From positions 27,342,001 through 27,406,000 of the forward strand of contig CATNEN010000038.1 in the NCBI GenBank assembly GCA_950097015.1: DNA of 64,000 nucleotides, given 5' to 3'. Each line of letters opens with the position of its first letter. Within the stretch, counting starts at the first letter, position 1. This stretch comes from Macrostomum hystrix. Its lineage: Eukaryota; Animalia; Platyhelminthes. The notes below the pieces were generated by a model. The model saw only the letters and a list, made by a program, of their open reading frames with translations, made no database searches and was not told where the DNA came from. Below are positions 11,546 through 22,371 of this stretch, piece by piece. A program made the translations under genes and the position numbers.

Positions 11546-13551
11546 TCAATTACGCCAAAGAATTTCAACTTCGTCAGTTCGAAACCTCTGAGTACAGGTG
11601 GTGTCCTGAAGCGGTGTAGTCAGGCCGCACCTGAACATTTCCATGCCAGCCTGAGCTATCATAGCCCCATTATCAATGCAGAATCGATGATCAGTGGCAT
11701 ACAGTTTGGCTCCCCGCTCCTCAGCCATCTGACCAACCATCTCCTGAAGGCGGACATTGCAGGCAACACCGCCAACTAATAGCACCTCCTGGGAGCCGCA
11801 GTGGGCCATAGCTCGCTCGGTCATTTCTGTTAGCATGGCGAATATGGTCTCCTGCAGGCTATAGCACAGATCAGCTTGGCTATATTCTCCGCTGTCTAAT
11901 AAACTAGGAGCCCGCTCCTCTAAGTAGCTTAGCAGACCGCTGAACGATACGTCCATGCCCTTCACAGTGTAGGGCAGTTTGACAAATTTACTGCCATCAG
12001 ACTGTTTCGCTAGCTGTTCAATATTGTAGCCAGGACTGGGATCGTTGGATAAGCGAATGCAGCGAGCGAACCGGTCCAGACAGTTGCCAACGGCTATGTC
12101 AAGGGTTTCACCGAATATGCGGTAACGGCGCTGACTGTAGGCTATCACCTGCGGGTCGGTGAATCAGCGGGTGACTGGCTGTGTGAGTTACTGGGTGAGT
12201 TACTGGCTATCTGAGTGACTGGCTGTGTGAGTTACTGGGTGAGTTACTGGCTATCTGAGTGACTGGCTGTGTGACTGGCTGGGTGAGTTACTGGCTATCT
12301 GAGTGACTGGCTGTGTGACTGGCTGGGTGAGTTACTGGCGATGTGAGTGACTGGCTGTGTGACTGGCTGGGTGACTGGCTGGGTGAGTTACTGGCGATGT
12401 GAGTGACTGGCTGTGTGACTGGCTGGGTGACTGGCTGGGTGAGTTACTGGCGATGTGAGTGACTGGCTGGGTGACTGGCTAGGTGAGTGAATGACAGGTG
12501 GAATAACTGGCTAGGTGAGTGAATGACAGGTGGAATAACTGGCTAGGTGAGTGAATGACAGGTGGAATAACTGGCTAGGTGAGTGAATGACAGGTTGAGT
12601 ATCTGGCTAGGTGAGTGAATGACAGGTTGAATAACTGGCTAGGTGAGTGAATGACAGCTGGAATAAATGGCTAGGTGAGTGAATGACAGCTGGAATAACT
12701 GGCTAGGTGAGTGAATGACAGCTGGAATAACTGGCTAGGTGAGTGAATGACAGCTGGAATAACTGGCTAGGTGAGTGAATGACAGCTGGAATAACTGGCT
12801 AGGTGAGTGAATGACAGGTGGAATAACTGGCTAGGTGAGTGAATGACAGGTGGAATAACTGGCTAGGTGAGTGAATGACAGGTGGAATAACTGGCTAGGT
12901 GAGTGAATGACAGGTGGAATAACTGGCTAGGTGAGTGAATGACAGGTGGAATAACTGGCTAGGTGAGTGAATGACAGGTGGAATAACTGGCTAGGTGAGT
13001 GAATGACAGCTGGAATAACTGGCTAGGTGAGTGAATGAATGAAGATTTAGTGAACCAAATAATCTTCAAAAACCCTGTCTCATGAATTGGGTATATTTCT
13101 AGTTAAAACTGGCAACCGCACAAGCCCAGCAGCCAACCTGAGTATTGCCGCCGCTGACATATAGCACTGTCGGATTGACAGCTCCAGTAATTAATCGGCC
13201 CATTTCAATGTGCCCAATGCAATGATTGACAGCTACAATTGGCTTGCGCCACAGCTGAGCGACAGTGCGTGCCACCAGAGCAACGCTAACCAATGGGGCG
13301 CCCATACCGGGACCTTTAGTGTAACAGATTGCGTCAATATCACTCGGCGTTAACTGGGCCTCCTTCAACGCGTCGGCTAGAACATCCAGCGCGTGCTGCT
13401 GATGATGCCTGGCTGTCTCGGACGGTTGAAAGCCTTCGCCTGGCGGCGTGACAAAGGTGACCCTGGGGTTGGCTAGTACTTGGCCGTCCTCGCGCACAAT
13501 GCCAATGCCAAGCTTGTTAGCGCTGCCTTCGAAGCCAATTGTAATGAGCAT
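11546..13551 (-). CDS. OSGEP: tRNA N6-threonylcarbamoyltransferase OSGEP/Kae1; exons 13551-13138 and 12148-11546; 338 aa
   Basis: [27 protein letters not shown]|[37 protein letters not shown]; single phase-0 GT-AG intron. Confidence 0.97.
12169..13037. repeat. Compound minisatellite filling the OSGEP intron: 12-16-bp subunits, then 32-bp units
   Basis: GTGACTGGCTGG-type subunits to about 12480, then CTAGGTGAGTGAATGACAGGTGGAATAACTGG. Confidence 0.95.
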
Positions 13552-16500
13552 TTCACTGATTTATTGAAGCTGTTATCTCTACAGTAGCCTATGACAGACT
13601 GGATGACACTTGAAAGTAAAGTGATTGTAAAGCATTCTGGCTGGGATATCAGCAATTTGAGTAGAAAGATAGGGATTTTGGTATAAATAAACTCAATGAA
13701 TATAGCAAATTTTTTGTCATCAAATTAATTGACTGACAACTAAGAAGACATTTCTTAAATTTGCAACATGCATAGGACAATTTGTCATATTCAAAGCTTA
13801 TTTATAACAATAGCTGTTTGTGGCAGGCACTGTCCAGATACTCCATTTCCAAACATTTTCCAAGTCTTCGAAATACAAGCAAGTTTTTCAAACCAGTTAA
13901 GCTTTAGGCTTGCTCATAGTAACATAGTGTACATATACTATTCTGCCTATTCTTCCTTACAGTATTCTAATAATAATACCCATGTTCAATATAAATGCCA
14001 CTTTACCTCATAGTCGACTTAGTAGGGTATCATTATTGCCTGATTATCTAGTATAAAGGTTACTCTCGAAAGCTCTCCTGGTATCCTCCACACTATTCCC
14101 TAGGGTGTGCCCTGGACCAGCCTCAATTATACCTTTTCATTTACCTCCAAATACTTACACCCTAGGCTCTATTGAAGATTTAAGACACAAGGATTAAATA
14201 GTTGTGAGGAATACTAAGTTCAGTTTTTATACTAGGCCATAATGGAGGCTCTTTCACCCAGTACATTTTGGTTGATTGGTTTATTGGTTCATATCAACTA
14301 GTTACTGTTTGAAAAGCAAGAATAATTTTGATAAAGATTAGGGATGACTTCCAATGAGTATATTGCTATTTATCACAGCTTAGAGTGAAAGGAAAGTTTG
14401 GTTTTTGGCAACACTGAATAGCATACCCAAGACACAACTTGACTCTAATAAACAGTGCGCAGTCTTTGTCTGCCAAGATATTCTTCTTTTAAGACTATTT
14501 TAGTCTTCATGGGTTTAGCTTTAGTTTTAGCTTTGTGTATTTAGTGTGTATTTAGTGTATTGTATATTATTAAATAAGTAGCATAAGCTACTTATTTGTT
14601 CCAGAACTTAAAGAAAAATCCAAGCATTATAACAAATGATAAATTATGAGACATTTAGATAACATTTCAAAACAAAGCTTGATGATAGGCCCTATAATTT
14701 GTTATTCCAACTAATGCCTGTTAGCAAATCAATGGACTGTATAATATATTGGCAAATAAAACAACTATAGGGGATATTGTATATTGGCAAACAAAAAATC
14801 AGCAGACAAAAAGGGGCAGATGAGATTACTGTCAACGTAAAAAAAACTAGTTAAAGGGGTCATCAGCTGATAGGTATTCTCACTTTAAACCCTTAGTCCC
14901 TCTCTATTATATACTATATTGCAAACAAACTAGAGTTGCCCTACTTCTTTCATATTCAGGGCTTAGGACAAGACAATAGCAGCAAGTTACAATCTAGCCT
15001 AGGCTAGTTGTTTATACCACAAAAATAGAAATACAAATATGAAGTCTATAGGCCTATCACAAAGCTCTATCACAGAAAAACAATAGCAGTTAAAAAGTTT
15101 TTAGTGGCAAATATCAAAGGCAAGAAACTCAACACCTCAATTTCATAAACATAATGTAGGATATTTACAATGAACATCATCCCAATATATTATTATAATA
15201 TTACACACTTTGTCTCTTGTGACTCTTGGTCACTTCGTCATCTACATTGACTGTGTTCAATGAAATAAAAAATTGTCAAAAAAACTGGAATTTCGTCACT
15301 TGGACGACGATTCGACGAAGCGTCCAGCCTCCAGGATAGGCGATGGCTGATAGCGAGTGATCTCTTTCTATATATTCTTTCTTTCTCAAAGAAAATAAAT
15401 AAATAAAACGTGCGAAACTAGCAAATTGTTAATATAACAAGTATGTTTACCATTGTATAATTTTTGTAGTTGAAATACTTTTATGCCTAGAATCAGATTA
15501 AAAATTATAAGTATAAATACTTACCGCAATATTACCATATTCATATTTTACAATATGTCCCTTATAGACAGAAATAACTATTTAGATCGCGCGTGCTTGC
15601 AGTAAAAATTTAAATAGTTCTAAGAACTAAAGCAAACTAAAGTAACATCCACTGTAATGTAAAAGCAGAAATTTCTAGGAATTAAAAGGGCGCTAAAAAT
15701 TTATTTACACTTAAATTATATTGCCATAAATTAATTTACATAACGAATAATTGTAGTTTTACTACTGTACTTCTTGGAATTTTTAAAACTTTTTTATAAT
15801 TATTTTTTTCGGCTTAGTATATTTATTTAATATCAGGTTTAAAGGCACTTATTAAATTAGAAACCGAGTTTCTGCTCTTAGCTGTTTGCCTCATGCATCG
15901 ACAATAATCACGTCCATTGAGCCATCATAAGGGTGAAATGCTGTTCTTTTATTTTTAATGATTGTATATGAAAAATATATATATCATTATATAGGCCTAT
16001 TATATATATATATTGGAAATTTTTTTAATTTAAAAAATCATCTACATCATACATACAAGTACAAATGACGAAGAGTGCTTCTAAAAATTATTAATGCTGT
16101 CAAAATCAAAAACTTATAACTGAGATTTGGGGTACATGTTTTGCTCACGAGTCACATATTATAGCATAGGTATACACCTCAGTCCACACTGTCCACTAGG
16201 GTAGGCCTAATGTATCATCAACCAAACAAGAATGTATATTTTTTTAACTTCAAACCTAAGCTACAGATTTTCTATTTAAGATATGATGATAAATTAAAAG
16301 CCAAGTTATAGAAAACAGTTACATCTTTCTAAAAAGTATCTGCTTTTGCTATTTTATCAAATAGAAAAAAGTTAGCCTATTCCTGCTTTTTATCTAAAAC
16401 CGAACAATGATTTTCATGTATCTTCAAACCAAACAGATAATTTGATGTTTGCTTTTACAATTTGAGTGAGTGGTTTAATCTTATTTTAAGAAGTGAACTA

Positions 16501-17132
16501 TCATGAATTATGTAATTTGAAAGCATTTTTCCACTATACTAAAAATGAAATGGTTGCTTGGTTGTAATTGATTTTCTCCCGAACGGCGCAACCGATTTTC
16601 ACCATTTCTTCACCAAAAGATGCCAAATATAGGGACAATTATACACGTATTTTTATTAAGCTTAACTTTATTTCTAAAGGGATTAAATATTCGAAAAACA
16701 TGACTTTTCAAAGGTCAAACATCTTGGCCTATTGAGAATTTTACTCACTGCCACTGAATCAGAATTGCATCGTCAAATTGCGCAACAACCCCTAGCTGAT
16801 TGAATTTAAAGCCTGCACTCTGGAGACAAATTGGAAATAAATGTACACAACCAACCGCGAGACTGAGTGTACTTTATTTTCTTACTTCATTGTACAAAGC
16901 CAGAACTTTGAGAATTCATTTTATAAGGCTGATTTCTGCACCCACTAACCAACAGTCGGAATAGCCGATGTGTAGGCACTAGGAATAGGTTAGGCTAGGC
17001 AAGGCAAAGTGTCCCTGGTTCGACTCTGCACTGCGTAAAATCATTTAAACTAATTGTCAGTCAGTAGTGATTGAAGACTATTTTTATTTATTTTTTTAAT
17101 TTCGTAAATAAAATATCATAAATCTTAGCACA

Positions 17133-18050
17133 CCAGAGTTTGAATCATTGCAAAAATAGAGTTTGAATCATGGCTAAACTAGAGTCTGAATCATGGCTAA
17201 ACTAGAGTCTGAATCATGGCTAAACCAGAGTTTGAATCATTGCTAACCAGAGTCTGAATCATGGCTAAACCAGAGTTTGAATCATGGCTAAACCAGAGTT
17301 TGAATCATTGCTAAACCAGAGCTTCAATCATGGCTAAACCAGAGTTTGAATCATGGCTAAACCAGAGTTTGAATCATGGCTAAACCAGAGCTTGAATCAT
17401 GGCTAAACCAGAGCTTGAATCATGGCTAAACCAGAGCTTGAATCATGGCTAAACCAGAGTTTGAATCATGGCTAAACCAGAGACTAAATCATGGCTACAC
17501 CAGGGTTTGAATCATGGCTAAACCAGAGTCTGAATCATGGCTAAACCAGAGTCTGAATCATGGCTAAACCAGAGTTTGAATCATGGCTAAACCAGAGACT
17601 AAATCATGGCTATACCAGGGTTTGAATCATGGCTAAACCAGAGTCTGAATCATGGCTAAACCAGAGTTTGAATCATGGCTAAACCAGAGACTAAATCATG
17701 GCTACACCAGGGTTTGAATCATGGCTAAACCAGAGTCTGAATCATGGCAAAAACATCATCATCAGCATGGCTAAACTAGAGTTAGAATCATGGCTAAACC
17801 AGCGTTTGAATCATGGCTAAACCAGAGTTTGAATCATGGTTATACTAGAGTTTGAATCATGGCTAAACCAGAGTCTGAATCATGGCTAAACTAGAGTCTG
17901 AATCATGGCCAACCAGAGTTTGAATCATGGCTAAACCAGAGTTTGAATCATGGCTAAACCAGAGTTTGAATCATGGCCAACCAGAGTTTGAATCATGGCT
18001 AAACCAGAGTCTGAATCATGGCTAAACCAGAGTTTGAATCATGGCTAAAC
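17133..18050. repeat. 23-bp minisatellite (AGAGTTTGAATCATGGCTAAACC)
   Basis: About 40 units. Confidence 0.95.
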
Positions 18051-19592
18051 TAGGGGATCATGCCCAACTGGGGGATCGTTGTGAACTGGGGGATCATTGT
18101 CAACTGGGGGATCATTGTCAACTGAGTGATCATTGTCAACTGGGTGATCATTGTCAACTGGGGAATGATTGTCAACTGGGTGATCATTGTCAACTGGGGG
18201 ATCATTGTCAACTGAGTGATCATTGTCAACTGGGTGATCATTGTCAACTGGTTGATCATTGTCAACTGGGGCTTCATTGTCAACTGGGGGAAAATTGTCA
18301 ACTGGGGGATCATTGTCAACTGGGGCTTCATTGTCAACTGGGGGAAAATTGTCAACTGGGGGATCATTGTCAACTGGGGATCATTGTCAACTGGGGGATC
18401 ATTGTCAACTGGGGGATCATTGTCAACTGGGGGATCATTGCAAACTGGGGTATCATTGTCAACTGGGGTATCATTGTCAACTGGGGGATCATGGCCCCAG
18501 TTGACTGTGGGATCATTGTCAACTGGGGGATCATGGTAAACTGGGGGATCATTGTCAACTGGGGGATCATTGTCAACTGGGGGTTCATTATCATCTGGGG
18601 GATCACTGTGAACTGGGGGATCATTGTCAACTGGGGGATCATTGTCAACTGGGTGATCATTATCAACTGGGGAATCATTGTCAACTGGGGGATCATTGTC
18701 AACTGGGGGATAATTGTCAACTGGGGGATAATTGTCAACTGGGGGATCAATTTGAACTGGGGGATCATTGTCAACTGGGGGATGATTGTCAACTGGGTGA
18801 TCATTATCAACTAGGGGAATCATTGTAAACTGGGGAATATTGTCAACTGGGGGATCATTGTCAACTGGGGGAACATTGTCAACTGGGGATCTTCATCAAT
18901 GGGGAGTCATCATCAACTGGGGGATCATTGTCAACTGGGTGATCATCATCAATCGGGGGATCAATGTCAACTGGGGAATCATTGTCGACTGGTGGATCAT
19001 TGTCAACTGGGGGATCATCATCAACTGGGGGATCATTGTCAACTGGGGGAACATTGTCAACTGGGGAATCATTGTCAACTGGGGGATCATTGTCACCTGT
19101 CGGAACATCATCAACTGGGGGATCTTTGTCAACTGGGTGATCATCATCAACTGGGGGATCATTGTCAACTGGGGGAACATTGTCAACTGGGGATCTTCAT
19201 CAATGGGGAGTCATCATCAACTGGGGGATCATTGTCAACTGGGTGATCATCATCAATTGGGGGATCATTGTCAACTGGGGAATTATTGTCGACTGGTGGA
19301 TCATTGTCAACTGGGGGATCATTGTCAACTGGGGGATCATCATCAACTGGTGGATCTTTCTCAACTGGGGGATCATTTTAAACTGGGGATCATTGTCAAC
19401 TGGGGGATCATCATCAACTGGTGAATCATTGTCAACTGGGGGATCATTTTAAACTTGGGGATCATTGTTAACTTGGGGATCATTGTCAACTGGGGGATCG
19501 TTGTCAACTTGCGGAATATTGTCAACTGGGGATCATTGTCAACTGGAGGATTATTGTCAACTGGGGGAACATTGTCAACTGGGGGATCATTG
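18051..19592. repeat. 18-bp minisatellite (CAACTGGGGGATCATTGT) abutting the 23-bp array
   Basis: About 85 units with single-base indels. Confidence 0.95.
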
Positions 19593-20220
19593 TAGGATTA
19601 AAAAGCTGAAAATACAGCTGCTAAAAAGTATATACAATACGAATTTAAAATATTTCTGCTCCCCGAAGGGGGGCAAAACATGCTAGTCATGTTCTATAAA
19701 TGACTACATTTATGGTCATTTAATTGGCAAGCAACTATATACAATCTTCGTCTAAAGTACATACTGAAAAAATGTTGTTAAAAAGTATGCTTTTGCAATA
19801 AAAATTTCTACTGAAACATCAATATCTTTCTTTCCTCTTAATGCTTCATTGCACATCATGCCTCAGCTTGTAGATAATTTCTTCAACTTTCAAATTAGTT
19901 GTTCTGTGAAACAGAATAGCTTGTTTCTGTCTTGCACGAGACCAAGGAAGAAGTCAAAATTCTTGTTCGGTTTTGAAGATACACTGTTTGGTTGATGATA
20001 CATTACCCTATGCCAAGTAACTAACACACTAGATAATATATTGGCCAAAATATTTTATGCCTATGCCAATATTTAAATTTTTCAACCCAAATCTGCACTT
20101 GAAATTTCAGGTGTAATAAATGCAAAATGCACCATGGCCTTGCCCTGCCCAATTTGGACCCCAATTTTTCATGAGAAACCCGCCTTATTGACCATGGAGA
20201 CTCTTTATTAGGCCTAGCCT

Positions 20221-20574
20221 AGAAACTTGGAATATTCCAACACTTATTCCGACAGTTAATGTGTTATACATTACCTGTCAGAATATTCCAACAGTTATAC
20301 CAACCCAGAATGACATGCATGTACTTGTAATCTACTTGTAATAAGCTCTCAGACAGTTATACCAACTCAAAATTAACTATCAGAATCATTGTCTGATTGT
20401 CATATTCTCACAGTTAATTTCAAGTCAGAATAACTGTCTGAGAGCTTATTAGATGTATGCATGTAATTTTGAGTCAGAATAACTGTTGGAATATTCTGAC
20501 ACATGTAGTGCTCGTACTATTAGTCCAAGTATTAGGCCTAACTGTTGGAATATTCCGAGTCAGACAAAGTTTCT
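20221..20574. mobile_element. Foldback/palindromic MITE-like element
   Basis: Nested inverted arms TGTCAGAATATTCCAACAGTTAT / ATAACTGTTGGAATATTCTGACA and TAATAAGCTCTCAGACAGTTAT / ATAACTGTCTGAGAGCTTATTA. Confidence 0.6.
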
Positions 20575-22371
20575 CAGCTCTCTTTATTGGCCTTTAAACA
20601 TTTGACATTGGAATAAGATAAGAATAAATTAAGACAACACTAGATACTATCATACTAAGTGTTTATGATGTAATTATATTATCAGGCTTTTGCTTCTGTT
20701 CATTAGTGCTATTTTTAATGTTTATTTAGAATAATTAAATGGCTAGGTGACTGACTGGTTGTGACCTGATGATAATGATATATTCATTGTTGATTATTAA
20801 GACTTAGCAAGTAATATACAGAGCCACTCAGCCACTGTTATTTCTGAAATACAAATTGTTTTATTGGTTTGTAAAGGTCCTTAATCTGCAGAATTGTCAT
20901 AAGAAAACTGAAGATCTCAAGTTGAGATTAAAATTGTAGACCTTATAATGAAGTAAATCATTGTTGATTGATAATTTTGTCATTGAAATTCAAATAAAAA
21001 CCAAACTTTCCTTTCACTCTAAGCTTCGGCCATAGTAACAAAACACAAAAGCTAGCTGTGAACTGAAAATTAGTAGAATGAATTATATTCAAGTTTGTTT
21101 GTGAGCACAAAAACTGCACAGTATTTTGTGTTTATGTTTAATTGCTAGCATTTGTCTCTACTCATAAACCCTGTCAGGCTAGGGTTTGGTCCCACATGCA
21201 GTCTTGTCTATCATTTTTCATGTTGCTGCAGAGTTAAGAAGTATAAACTGTAACAGTGTCCTACAATATATAAACAGTGCTTCCTACATTCAGAGGTAGG
21301 TCCTTTTGGGTATGCAAGAATGCAAATATAGAGCAAATGTGTCCAATGTTAAAGTCAGGGTTTTCCTATATGCACAGTGGTACCAAAGCAATAGAATATT
21401 CCTTTATTAAGCTTGTCTGTCCTGTTTTAAAAGCATTTGTATATGTGATCAGTAATGATCAGTTTAACTATATTCAGTTATACTAGACCTAGGATCTTTG
21501 CACCAATGAAACACAAGGTTTGACAGCTTTAAGATTTTGGTCAGATTGAAATCAGATTAGTCACACTCAGTCTAATTGAAATACTTCTGTCATTTACCTC
21601 AATTTTTTGCTTGGCTTGAAGTTAAGCTACCAAAAAATTCTTGAAGATCTAACATGGCAACATAATTTTTGAAAATGGTTAGGCCTACTTAATATTGGTA
21701 ATCACAATTTTTTTTCAATTTTTGTTGACTTAATATGTTATAAATAAATAATTTGATTGACTTGGCAATAGGCATAGCATAGACTTAGGTCTGGAGCTAA
21801 CAGTGGTTCAAATGGTGTGAATATATAAACATTTTTTTCTGAAGTTTAGCTTTTAATTTTGCAATTTTAAATTTAGCAATTAAAAATCACAATTCTCATT
21901 AATATAATAAATTCATTTTGCTGCTTAGTGCTTGAAATGTTATATTGCATTTTAATCATGGATTAAAAATAATTAAACATTTGTTTAAGTGTTATAGCTA
22001 TATTTTTTATGTGTAAACAGTAAAAGGAAGACTCATGAGGATCAAATCTTTTTATTTTGGGCCAGTATGAATTCTATATTGGCCCCTATTATAGAAAATG
22101 TGAGACAATTTTTTAACTTATTATTAATCATTATTATTAATTTTTCTAAACAAACCATGTAATACTTATATTTTATCTCATTGGCAAAGTAAGTGTTAGA
22201 GACAAATGTGTATAAATTGTAAATAGTTGTAAAAATTATTTTCCAGCTTCGAAAACAAGTTCACACCTCTGAGGCAGGTCTGCTGACACTTATTGTCAGC
22301 AGTGGCTGAGCTTCAATAACTTGATCATTGTTAAGCCAAGTACAGTTTAAACAGTACAGAAGCAGTGCAAA

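Noticed and set aside
18041-19686. (LGDHCQ)n hexapeptide ORFs resembling a left-handed beta-helix
   Set aside because: 18-bp satellite with frequent 1-bp indels that shift frame; no selection for frame.
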